Assembly: GCA_965113315.1 (NCBI GenBank)
Contig: OZ220369.1
Origin: Podarcis vaucheri
Taxonomy: Eukaryota
Length of the DNA stretch: 64,000 bases
Direction: 5' to 3' (one strand)
In this document: in pieces, positions 11,440 through 23,300 of the stretch
Position numbering within the stretch: the stretch's first letter is position 1
Layout: every line of letters starts with the position of its first letter
Notes under the pieces: model-generated
Database searches by the model: none
Seen by the model: the letters and a program-made list of their open reading frames with translations, nothing else
Told to the model about the DNA's origin: nothing
Translations under genes and position numbers: made by a program

Positions 11440-13524
11440 CTTTGGGAAGAAAGAAGAATTTGAGTTACCTGCATCAAACACATCTGGAATTGGCCTTGCT
11501 AGGATGCATGATCAGTGCCCTCAGATTGGTGACTGAAAAAGGGATTCTGGGAGGTATCTCTGCCTACTTTTACATGCCAAAGATGACTATCTTCCTTCCT
11601 TCTCCCTGGGACCTCTGGAATAATCTGCTATGCCACTCTCACTAAACTGTACTGGCATAGATTGCAACATTTTTTTCTCCCATTGTTACACAAAATCCTT
11701 TGCTGATTATAGTGTATTATTTTGTATCTGAATTTGTGTACCAAATATATTTCAAGTTAATACTGTAAGTCCGAGCCCATTTCACATGTCATCCTTCGGA
11801 CAGGTAGCAATACTCTATGTGGGAGGAACTATTCCATATTAAAAAATGACACTAAAACCATCACATGAACAAATTCTACAGTCAACACCTACTGTAACTT
11901 GTACAAAAGCTGTGGCTATACTCTGCTTCCTTAGGTATGAAGCAGAAAAGCAGCACAAAATGTGCCTCTTTACATCAGCAAAGTATTACTAAGGGAGAAC
12001 TCCATATTGATGGAACAGTCAGCATATTGCAATAATCACACCCACTTGCAGTGCAAGTTGTTAATGATGGGGGCTAATGCGTGAGAATACGACATGTTGT
12101 AGAATCTGCAAATCAGTTGCCTATCAGGACACGAGATGGGCTTCTAACCTATGCCTATGGATTTGTACCTGAAATTACCAAGCCAACATGGTCAGCGTTC
12201 CCTTTCATGTATTTTCAATAAATTTACTGAAAATTTATTAACACTGGCCAGAGGATCATTAGGCTGTTGGCTGACGGATTTAATTCAGCTATATTTACAT
12301 CTTAACACAATGCCCAAGAATTTATCCAGCACTTTAAATTTTGTACTTTTTCAGTCTGAGATAGAGGCATTTATAAATTATGGGGAAATATTGCCTTATG
12401 CTTAAAAAAGAGGGGAGGGGGAGAAAATTAGAGTGATATTTCTACATGACGCTAGTATCGATGACAACCAAACACACACAAGTTTCCAGAACTGATGCTG
12501 CTGCCAGAAGTACTGGTGAGAGGAGAGAGTTTCAAAATACATTACGTAATTGAGGAATTTCCTCTTCCCAGCACTTGTTCCACCAAAACCAAGAAACGAA
12601 AAGCAGAGTTTCTAGCACCACCACAGGCTTTTAAAAAAATCTCTTTTACACACAGATAAATGATACAACGTGAGGAACTAACTAAGCTCTTGAGGTTATA
12701 CAGCCTTCAGAACTATGGCAGGATGGTTCTATTAGATTACATCTCACTTGCCTTTCCAGACACTTGAATGTGAGAGAGTACCAATGAGATCTGCCCAGAG
12801 AGGATGGGATACAAATCTAAATTAAAGAAATATATTTGAATTTTCAGTACTATTTTATACAAGTTGGCCCCAGAACAATTTTGCTGACAGCTACCTGTAA
12901 TTCTCACTGAAATTCTAGCACAACACCCCTGTGTTATGCATGTGATATTCTGGGTAGAGCAGTTTATACATGCAACTCTCTCTCCTTTTGTAAATCGCCA
13001 ATAATAAAACAGCAGCCAAGAATAAGTAGAAAGCTGGGGAAAGAAGTTCTGAACAACGGCAGAAGCATTTGGACAGAAGAGGCAAAGAGGCTGCTTCTGC
13101 AGTGGATCATTTACAACCAGGGAAATAGAGTGTAGCTAAAAGACACAGGGATTTTTGCTGTTGTGGCTTATACCGAGAGTAAAATATATTCAGTGCATTT
13201 TTAAAAAAATTCTAAAATTAAATTTTAGCTATTCAACATCTTTACACCCATGCTCAATTTCCCCTATAACTGTATGGCTCACCTCCAGTTAGAACATGGT
13301 TTCAATATACTGTATGTTTTAGTACATTGTGATGTAATATGAGAAAAATTTTATCAAATGTTTCAGATATAGTTTTGGTGTCAAAGCTAATAGCGTTAGA
13401 ACACATAGTTTCGGTCAAAAGACATCTGCTAAAGCAATAGAATCCTCAAGGCTTTGAGTGCCCCAAAGGCTGGTCCCTTTCATACCTCTTTTAAATTTAA
13501 AAGTTCTCATTCCTTGGAACTTAC

Positions 13525-13598
13525 CTCAAAGGAATATTCAAAGTTCCTATCATTCTTCCTATGCGATAATCCCTTTAGTTCCACTTTTTCAACACTCA
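13525..13598 (-). CDS. ZCCHC14: ZCCHC14 exon 3 (VSVEKVELKGLSHRKNDRNFEYSFE)
   Basis: Acceptor ctaacag|, donor GAG|GTAAGT; 74 nt, restores phase with exon 2. Confidence 0.92.
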
Positions 13599-13629
13599 CT
13601 GTTAGAAAACAAAATGAACAAGATCTGTT

Positions 13630-13822
13630 AGGAACATAGAAAACTAGCTTATACTGTCAGAACATTGGTCCATCCAGTTCACTACTGTCTACATGGATGG
13701 GCAGCAGTTCTCAAGTTTTCAGCCACGGGTCTCTACCAGGCCTACCTGAAGATGACAGGGATTGAACCTGGGACCTTCTGCATGCAAAGCAGATGCTCTG
13801 CCACTGAGTTATGGCCCTTCCC
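13630..13822 (-). mobile_element. tRNA-derived SINE (related copies near 44058+, 51390+, 62353+)
   Basis: Minus strand: GGGAAGGGCCATAACTCAGTGG (A box)...GGTTCAATCC (B box); same body seen at the other positions. Confidence 0.75.
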
Positions 13823-14120
13823 CTCAAAGGAATATTGTTGTGTCCCAAACAGGCAAAGGATGAATGCACAACATTATTTCCTTTCTCTCAGTTCCAGAGA
13901 TGCAAGTTCACAGATGCTCCTGGTAGTAGAAAACAGCAAAAACCCTGCACGTCTACTCTGGTGTTCTTGGTCGGCATCAAACCAAACATGAGAAAAAGAC
14001 TTAGCAAATTGGTATGAACGTTTCAGAATGATAATGACCCATAACTCCCGCATTTCCAAATAGGCTAGGCTAAGCATGGTGACTAGCTCAAAGTCATCCA
14101 GTGAAAATCATGGCTGAATG

Positions 14121-14250
14121 CAGTGGCAGAGAGCAGGCGGGGGCGGGGCTGGCACGCGTCCGGGGGGGGGGGGAGCTGTGATGGAGCCCTACCAGGATAG
14201 CGTTGCTGGGGGGTGGTGCACTCTCCCCGCCCCCCCTTGCTCCACCAGTG
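14121..14250. mobile_element. hAT-type MITE, GC-rich
   Basis: 8-bp TSD GCTGAATG at 14113-14120 and 14251-14258; imperfect TIR CAGTGGCAGAGAGC / GCTCCACCAGTG. Confidence 0.8.
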
Positions 14251-14794
14251 GCTGAATGGCAACTTCCAACTTCCAAACCTGTTTTCCCAAGGCAACCATC
14301 CAGCATTTGTTTCACTCTTGCTTTCAACTTTTACCTTTCCTAATGCACCCAAATTCTAGTTCCTTGATTCCTTCTAGCAGCTCATTTCTACCAAAAACTT
14401 GTAGAATGAAGGCCTCTCTTATGAACTTCAGACAACTTTCCCATCTTTAGCAGCCTAGATTTGGAGTAAGCTATACTTGTGGTGATTACAGGAGCAGTTG
14501 CGGTAACTGTAATTGTGATTTCATGTGGAAGACGTTTACAGGACACAGTAATGTTTTTGTTATGGTTGTGAAGGGGAAAGGTTTTGCTAGAGAGGTAGAA
14601 AAAGAGCACCCTCCCTCCCCAATCATTAATACTTTGTCACCCAACTAAACTTTTCATCGGCTCCAGGAGACTAGGCTCTGCATACATTTGAACCTCGAGT
14701 GTTCAAACTCCAAGTTGTTACGTAAAAATAAAAATAACAGTGAGGGAAATTTCTAGAGGTGCAGCCATACTTTTCTATTGAAGGAAAAATACCC

Positions 14795-14930
14795 TGTGAC
14801 ACTTTAAAGACTAACAAATTTATTATGGCATGAGCTTTTGAAGATTAATCTTCCACTTCATCAAATGAAGTTGTCTCAAGTCACTGAAAGTTGATGCTGT
14901 AATAAATGTGTTAGTCTTTAAGGTGCAACA
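14795..14930. mobile_element. Penelope-like inverted-repeat remnant
   Basis: cactttaaagactaacaaatttatt... pairs with ...aataaatgtgttagtctttaaggtg. Family assigned from memory of sauropsid repeats. Confidence 0.45.
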
Positions 14931-16631
14931 AAACACTTTATTAATTTTACTGGAGGAAAGTTAGCATCAAAGTCCCTTTGCCACTGGGATTCTTTGCCCT
15001 TTCCTCTAGGAAATTTGGTTCTTGTTGTCACCAAGTAGAGATGTACTGATCAGTTGAAGAGCCATGCATATGCTGAATGGTTGCTCACAATAGTCTTGAG
15101 GATTTTCAAAAGCCAAGACTGCAGACCACCTCAGACAGAGCTTTAAATGGAGCATTTCTATGTTGTTCTAAGCACTGGCAACCTCTTCCATTGCTGCTGT
15201 GCATGAGAAAACACATACATTTGCTCCATTGTCAACTCAAAAGGTGCTCATCAATCAAGCTCAAGATGGACTGGATGGACTTTTTGAACTTCATGAATGA
15301 CTTAAAACAGGCCAAGGCCATTTTCAGAACTCATATCCTGTTATTTCTGAAATTAAAAGAGACTTTATATTAAGACATGGTTAATGAAAGCATGACTATA
15401 CAGGAAGAAACAACATAGGCACTTACTTGCTCCATCTGCCAAACACTTATGGAATAAAGCCACAAATGGGAGCTACTAAAACTCACATTTTAATTTTCCA
15501 GAACTCAACTTACAAAAAATATCAGAAATGACTTTGAGGAAATCTTCAGAAGTTGAGATCAGGAGGTCTCTAATAACAGAGTTACTAAAGGACAAAGTCA
15601 TGCTGAAATACTATTTGCCAGTTTATAGAGAGCTGAAGTTGTGAGCATCTTGAAGAACAACTGACAGAATTTTAAGTTTGCTTTGCAAGTTACCCAATAC
15701 AGTACTGTACTGGCACCGAAAACAGAATGAAGAAGAGTTCCAAACAGACTTTCCAAAAAGGAAACATCACTCTCAATGAAGTGTTTCTTTTTTACATTGC
15801 AACATTCAAAGAACTACACAACCACTTCAAGCCTTGAGGTAAGCAGCTCTTATTCAAGACTAAGGCTTTACAACTGAGGCACATTTGGACCATCATTTTT
15901 TTTTAAAAAAGTGAGCTAGATGATAGGCTATCACAACCCAAAATTAGTGCTTACTCAGAATGTTTTTAACATATGCAAAATACTCAATTTTGAAACAAAA
16001 GGAAGAGTCGGTTGATTGTACCTTTCTAAAAACACAACTGTTCTTAGCTTGCTGGTGAATATGCCAGCAGGCAAAGTCAACAAGAACATGTTTAAAAATA
16101 GCAATGTCTGTATAATAGCAGCATTCATATGTAACACTAAACCATAACATTTCGTTTAGCAAACCGTACTCTGCAGGTGTACATGCAGCCAGAGCCCCTC
16201 CCACTTGCACAAAGGGAGGAGCAAACAAACCACAATGGGAAATGCTTAGCACGTTGTCCAAACCTAAGATCATGATTTGTTTCATCCTAACAAACCACAA
16301 TCTCAGATTCAGATATACGGAAGTTTCTCTGTCATGGTTTGCTCACCCACTTACACAAAGGGGCATGATTTAATAAGCCAAACTTTATGGCTTACCATGA
16401 CCTGCAAATGCAGCCAGTGAATAAAGGTAATTTGGAAAAAGTCAACACAAATATTTAAGCATTTTTCCAAACCTCACATAGCTCCCTTCCCCTCTTGCCC
16501 ACCTCTTGAATAACATTATTTCTCTCTACATGGTGAATTCCAGTTTTAAATGAAAAAGTTCATGTTTCACTTGTGCTCAGTCTGGTCCATATTCAGAGAG
16601 CACCAACATATAGGAACCACTGAAAGAAACA

Positions 16632-16660
16632 TAAATAAAATAAAATAAAATAAAATAAAA
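16632..16660. repeat. (TAAAA)n microsatellite
   Basis: Direct reading. Confidence 0.95.
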
Positions 16661-18531
16661 ACTCAACTAAGCTTCTAGAACTATTTAATACCTGTAGTAT
16701 TACTTTTCAGTACTTTGTACTCCAACCACATGTTCATCTTCCTCTAAAACCTAATCAGACTTAACTAATAGGGATTCATGAACAGTCCTAAGTGCAGCCG
16801 GTCATTTATTTACAGAGTACTCATTCCACTGTGAAGCAGGTATCTGAACACTTTGCCATGGATGGAAAGAGGGACATAGCATACTATCACCGTCAGCCCT
16901 ACAGGGAACAAGTGCCTTGTTTTGATTGCATGTGCTATGTTGCTTAGGCACCTGCTTCATCATAGGTGCACTAGTCAGGCCTGAGGGCAAAACTTAAAGC
17001 TGCCATCCATATGTCCAAGGGTCATAGGACTTGGCCTCAAAATGAAGCAATAGAAGATGGATTCAGCAACTCATAAGCTGGTGTCTGGTGCCTTTCAGTA
17101 CAAATGATCCCTGTATTCATTCTGTTTATTAACTAAATCTGAAACACAGTATATGATTTTTAAAATGTGTGTAAACTACATTCAGAAAGAAATCACACCA
17201 ATGCTCAATAGAGTATGTGCCATCGCAAACTCAGGAATATAGCTGATACTATATTCTTGGGGCTTCAACAAAGGGTTCCTTACTAGAACACTCCACTTGA
17301 ACTCCTTTTTTCACCTCCACCCCACCCCATTTATAACAGCTCAGCTGAGCTTCCTATCTCATGACCTACTCTGTTCTAAATCATTAAATATTAAGATGAC
17401 ACAGAAACCTTTAGACTTAAACTTTACTCCATTTAATGCTCAGCACACGAGACACAGGATTCTCCTGATACACATTAACTTGTTCCAGAGACATCATGAG
17501 CACAGTAGAAGCTGAAACAATTCTGTCTCCTTGGGTATGTGGGAGAGCTGTGCTCATGACAAAGACTTAATTTTCTTCTGCTTTCAAGTCTGCTTTACAT
17601 GGGGAAAGTGGCCCTCAAACTGCTGTTAAACCCCAACTCCCATCAAGGATTAATAGTAGCTAAGAGTCCAACAATAGCCTGAAGGCCAGAGGCTCCCCAT
17701 CCTTGATTTACACAAATACACACAGTGAATCACTCTTTTCTGCACCTGTAAAGTACCAAAAATGAAACAGCCAGTGAGCAGGTAAAAAATTATGGGCTTT
17801 TCATAACTTATTAAGAAGCAATTAAACATGCATGGACATCAAATTACCACAAGCTTACTACCACCTTTTTACATAACATTATTATATGCCCATCCTATAG
17901 GTTAGAAGAGTAAAAAAAGTGCTTTGTATCTAACTGAATTCCAGCTTGGAGTCATTAGTAGCCAGTGCTTGTTCAATGATCCTGCTGAAATTAATTATCT
18001 AAATCCAATCAATGACCCCATTGAGCATATTTTCCCACTGTATGATCACCCAAACCACATTCAAACACAGTTTTTGATACAACAGGAGTCTGCTTTAATA
18101 AAAACTGATCAAGTAAAAAAGGCACTACAGGGCATGTGCAAGTCTTTTAGATATGCTAGAACAAGCTCTTTGGATCTGAGCCAAGACTGACATGTAACAA
18201 ACTTCAGAAGTCAGAGTTAGCACAATGAGCCCAGAAAATGGAATCCTAGCTACTCCATATAGAGGCAATGTGGACATACATTTTTATATTTGAGAGATAC
18301 TCTGGATGTCCATGCACAAGCACACACCCCATGCATAGTGAAAGGAGCCCTTCAAAATCTGACTGACCTTTCCCTGAGGGAACCCACTATTTGTGCACAG
18401 TATATTAGGGAAAGGGAAGCACTCATGCGTCTGATTCCTAAAGTGTCTGCATACAAAGATAAGCCCGTAGGTTGAAAACAGTACCGGAACTTGGTATACA
18501 CAATTGGCAATGCAAAAGAGATGGGACTATT

Positions 18532-18554
18532 TACTACTACTACTACTACTACTA
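18532..18554. repeat. (TAC)n microsatellite
   Basis: Direct reading. Confidence 0.95.
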
Positions 18555-18714
18555 TGTAAGAGACAAGTTGCCTTCACCCATACTCGTCACTGAGGAAGGC
18601 CTAGTACCTTTATAATTAACAGTTGCTTCAATCAAATACTATAATGAAGATTTTTTTCCACTCATGCAAGATGAGCTCTCTGTGGCTGCATTCACCCATT
18701 ATCTTAAAACCATA

Positions 18715-19084
18715 AAAAGGTAAGGTAAAGGTACCCCTGCCCGTTCGGGCCAGTCGTGTCTGACTCTAGGGTTGCGCGCTCATCTCGCTCAAGAGGCCGG
18801 GAGCCGGCGCCGTCCGAAGACACTTCCGGGTCACGTGGCCAGCGTGATGAAGCTGCAGCTGGCGAGCCAGCACCAGCGCCGCACACGGAAACGCCGTTTA
18901 CCTTCCCGCTAGTAAGCAGTCCCTATTTATCTACTTGCACTTAGGGGTGCTTTCGAACTGCTAGGTGGGCAGGAGCTGGGACCGAACGATGGTAGCTCAC
19001 CCCGCCGCGGGGATTCGAACCGCCGACCTTACGATCAGCAAGTCATAGGCACTGAGGTTTTACCCACAGCGCCACCCGCGTCCC
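18715..19084 (-). mobile_element. Full-length Sauria SINE
   Basis: Minus strand begins GGGACGCGGGTGGCGCTGTGG, has B box GGTTCGAATCC and an ACCTTT-type tail; CpG-rich; TSD TTAAAACCATA at 18704-18714 and 19089-19099. Confidence 0.9.
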
Positions 19085-19899
19085 ATAGTTAAAACCATAG
19101 TTAAGATTTAAATACGATTAAACATGAAGCAGCAGCATGGTATATATTGTTCAAAACTTCCCCCTTTGCTCCCCTTGGGAGGAACAAAACATAAACTTTG
19201 GCTTGCCATGTCATCAGAGCAAAAGTTTGTGGTATGTTTGCCTCAAGCAAACCATGAGCAGTAAGGCAAGAACAAACTGATGGTGCAGCTTGTGCTTTAT
19301 TTGGAGAGGAATCAGCCACAAACTCAGGTTCAGACATTAACTATGGTTTAACATGATGTGCAACCAGGTTAACATTCCATTTTCACCATTCAGTCTGTTC
19401 TAAGAAAGCAGATCTAAAAAAGGACACCACAGACCTCCTTGCCTCTACAAGGAAGGTTGTTTAAATCTTTTAACACAGCTCACATACCACACTGACATCT
19501 TTTTCCTATAAGCAAACTGATATCCAACTTAAAGACTACTAAATTCTATAGAAGCATGTAGTCCTTTACTCAGAAGGCTTTACAATCTTAAATGGTTGCT
19601 TTACACTAGATTTCAAGGTCAAGAGAGGGGAAGAGATCTGGTAATAAATCAGCAACAGAATGTCTACAGTAGCTAGTGACAGTTAATCACAGGAGAGCTG
19701 CCATTTAGTGATTACAGTATTTGTAGACTCTTCAAAGTGCTTTCCAATTTTTCAGGACGGGCTGGGAACTTTTTCAGTGCAAGAGCTTCATTGGCAGGCC
19801 TCAAGGTGCCACATGCAAATAGCAGGCAGGACCAGAGGTGAAGTAGACAGAGCAGAGGATGCACTTCATATCTTTGTACAGTTAAATGTATTTCAGCCA

Positions 19900-20380
19900 T
19901 GCAAGAAGCAGAGGTTTCTATACACACCTCAATCCTTCATCCTGGCCAGAGGCATTATCACAGTTCAAGGACTGCAATAACTCAAGGACTACCTGTCTCC
20001 ATATGTACCTACCCAGACCCTGAGATCACCTTCTGAGGCCCTTCTTTGTGTGCCTCCTCCACAAGAGATACAGAGGGTGGCAACACAAGAACAGGCTTTC
20101 TCTGCAGTAGTTCCCCATTTATGGAATACTTTCCTCAGGGAGCTCAGCTGGTGCCTTCATTATACACATTTAGGTGCTAGGCGAAAGTGTTTCTCTTTAA
20201 CCAGGCCTTTGGCTGAGTGACATCTGATGCCCTTTTAAAATGTGATGTGGAAGGGGGATTATTGGGTGGTTTTGGGTTTTGTTCTTATTATGTATTTTCT
20301 GTTTTTTGTATCGTGGTTTTATGTTGTGAACCACCCTGAGGTCTACAGGTATAAGGTGTTATACAATTTAATAAATAAAT
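19900..20380 (+). mobile_element. L2-type LINE 3' end
   Basis: Recognisable 3' segment (caggctttctctgcagtagttccccatttatggaat...gtgaaccaccctgag) ending in (TAAA)n. Confidence 0.55.
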
Positions 20381-23300
20381 TGGGGGATGCAATCCACTGG
20401 GAGAAGTCAAATACAACATTCCTTGTTTTGCTAGAGTGGACATGCAAGGGAATGTTTGGCCCAGCCAGTTGAAACTTCCTGTTCCTCCTGGCTTGGAGCA
20501 TCCTTCCTTGCATGTGACTGGTAGGTGGGTGTGACCTTTCCAGACCTGGTAAAAGGCCAAGTCACGCAGCCACCTCCCTCTCTTCATTCTTTTTTTGTCC
20601 TGTGAACCTCCTGATTCACCTGGACTGTACTGCTGGCTGCCAGCCAAGCAGTCCCCCAGGTTATCTCCCATATGGGGTAAACCTGTTTGTACATGTTTGT
20701 AACTTTAAGCCTAAAGCCTGCCTTCAGGGATCACACTGTGCTCTGCCTGTTCATGAGAAAAACCACTTTCTGTTACTTATAAATAAGACTGTTGTGTCTT
20801 TATTCTTTTAGGAGGGATCAAAGGGGTCTTACCCGGAATAATAGAACATATCTTAATCTGGGCAAGCCAGATTGAATTGTTTATTGTCTTAAGAGACTCA
20901 AAAAAGTTTGCAACCAGTTTTCTGCTGCATAAGAAGGGGAATGTAACTCTGCTATATAAAGAAACTTGCTAGTGCGAGTTAGGAAGGATATTAATAATCA
21001 ATATATCCTCTCCTGTCACCCTCAACATTCCCACATAAATAAATTCCAGCCAGGCAAAAGAACTTGAGAAGAGCACTGAAAAGGGCAGTGAAGCCCCCCA
21101 TTTGGGGAAGTGTCTTGAAGGTTGGAAAGACCTGGAGGGCCATATTTTATCTCTAGACCTGAGATTTCCTGCTCCTGTTTTATGGATAGCAGTATTCATA
21201 GGGACAAACACATGGAATGCTTATTTATTGGTTGTGCCCCTTACTTTTAAATTGCAGTGCTAATCTTTTTTATGTTCCTGGCTGGTTCTGCAAATGGGTA
21301 TTTTCAGTTTCAGACGGTGAATAACTCTCATGTGTCTCCAAAAACAGGATCTAAATTAAAAGAAAAACTTGTGCTCATATCCTTTCATTCTTAAAAAAAT
21401 AACAATCAAAAGAAAGTATGAATTCAATGGCCAGAGGAGTAGTGAAGTCAGCATTTTAGTTAACCACAAAGTCCATCTTAATAAGTATTCCAGAAGTTTA
21501 TTAGTATATTAAGGGTTATGAGAAAAAAATAACTGCTATTTAAAAGGGGAATGACTCATCTCAGGAACAGGAAACAAAAAACCAGATGCATATTATTTCT
21601 CCACAAAACAGCTGAATACAACACAGTATGATCTGATGCTAGAAGCAAAAAGGTATTAAGTTTTTTAAAACTCCCTGGATAACAGTGCTATATCTTGTAT
21701 TAAGAATAAAACTACTGAGTCTGCCCACTTTCTAGGAGACTTAAAAAAAAGAAAATGAACAAACTTGTGAAAAACAATGTTGTATGTCTGTTCCTGGAGC
21801 CGAGAATATATTGTTGATCATCACACTACTCTTTCAAATTCTTACCTCCTATTCACTGCACACCTAATCTATGAAATGTGTGCAGAAAGACAAAGGTGGA
21901 ATTAAAAAATGTCAAAGAATCTCCAGCGCCACACTTCATATCAGTCTAAACAAATGTCCTGAATTTTTTTGGCAATCTCAGTTCTAGGTAAAAAAACAAA
22001 GATTCCGGACTTCAGGGTAATACAGTAAGTACATGCATCCCTTCTGAAAAGCGTGATCATCCAAAGTTCAGAGGTCAGTTAACAACCTGCAGCTTAAATA
22101 TAAACTTTCCAAATATAAAAAACCTATACTTGGTCGAAGGTAGCTTCATTTCGGGGAGAAAGGGGATGTGAATCAACATCTAGAGCTATTGAGGTTGGCA
22201 ATGCCAAAATGAACACCCACATTTTTACCATTTTGAATCTTGGAAACCTATCCTTGGAGCCAGCAAGCTGTAGACAGAAAAGATTTAAGCTAATTTTGCA
22301 AATGATTTTTTTTTTGGGGGGGGGGTTTGCCACAAAAACAACATTTGGCTTCACTTTGAATAAAGCCTTTAAAGCACAACATGCAAGGTTCACTTTCCAA
22401 CTGTAATAAGAGGAAACTCTCTGTATGGGAAACCTGGAGTGCTCCAAACACAGGATCTCTAGAGGCATAGCCCAATGGAACGTTCAGTACACAAAATTAA
22501 AACAAGCTATTAAACAGGCTGGATGCATGTCACAGTAGATTAATATAAACCTATGTTGCAGCGACATGCACAGTTAGTTGCCCAGTCTCAGAATGATTTC
22601 TTAAGAGCTAGAAAAGGGCAACTAAAAATTATCAACGGGTAGGAGCAGTGTGAGCCTTTTTATTTTTTAAAGAGATAGGGAATACTAGGATAGAGGATAT
22701 GACAGAGGGTTTCTACAATGACAAATCAGGTGGATCAAATTGGGGAATTGAATCCAACATTCATTTTGATGCACTATTTTTCTATGTACAGGGTCTACCT
22801 ACTCTATGAACAGGAAATCATTCTGGTATGCGGTCTCTCTACAGGTAATTTTGTGATACAGCCCAACAACAATTTTACCATGTGATCAACTGCCTGAATG
22901 GACAAGGCCTGATTTGTAGTATTCATGACTAAACAATGCAGCCATAACCTTTTAAAAAAGGATTGGACAAATTCAGGGTAGTAAGTTTATTAATGTTAAA
23001 ATTGAATTTCTGCAGTATCCTGTGAAATAAACAGCCGCTTGACAGAATTAATCAAATCAGGATCTGAAGCAGCTGCAGTACGTTCATGTTTTCAGGCATT
23101 AATTAATCCATGTAGGATTATACCTGGAACCTGTCAGTGGGACTACAATATAGTATCAGCAGCTGCTCTGACAGCATGCGCCTGAGAACTGTCTTGTGAT
23201 AAGACACCCCAGCCAGATCAGATGGCAGTCTGAAAAAGCTCTATGCAGAGTAACATTTGTGACTAAAAAACTGCAGCCTTAATATAATTCAGACCTAAAA

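Noticed and set aside
13740-13822. tRNA gene
   Set aside because: A and B boxes are present, but it continues into a SINE body repeated elsewhere in the window.
20385-20850. Possible solo LTR (also about 45330-45807)
   Set aside because: Promoter-like and polyA-like composition, but I could not find matching TG...CA ends with a TSD.
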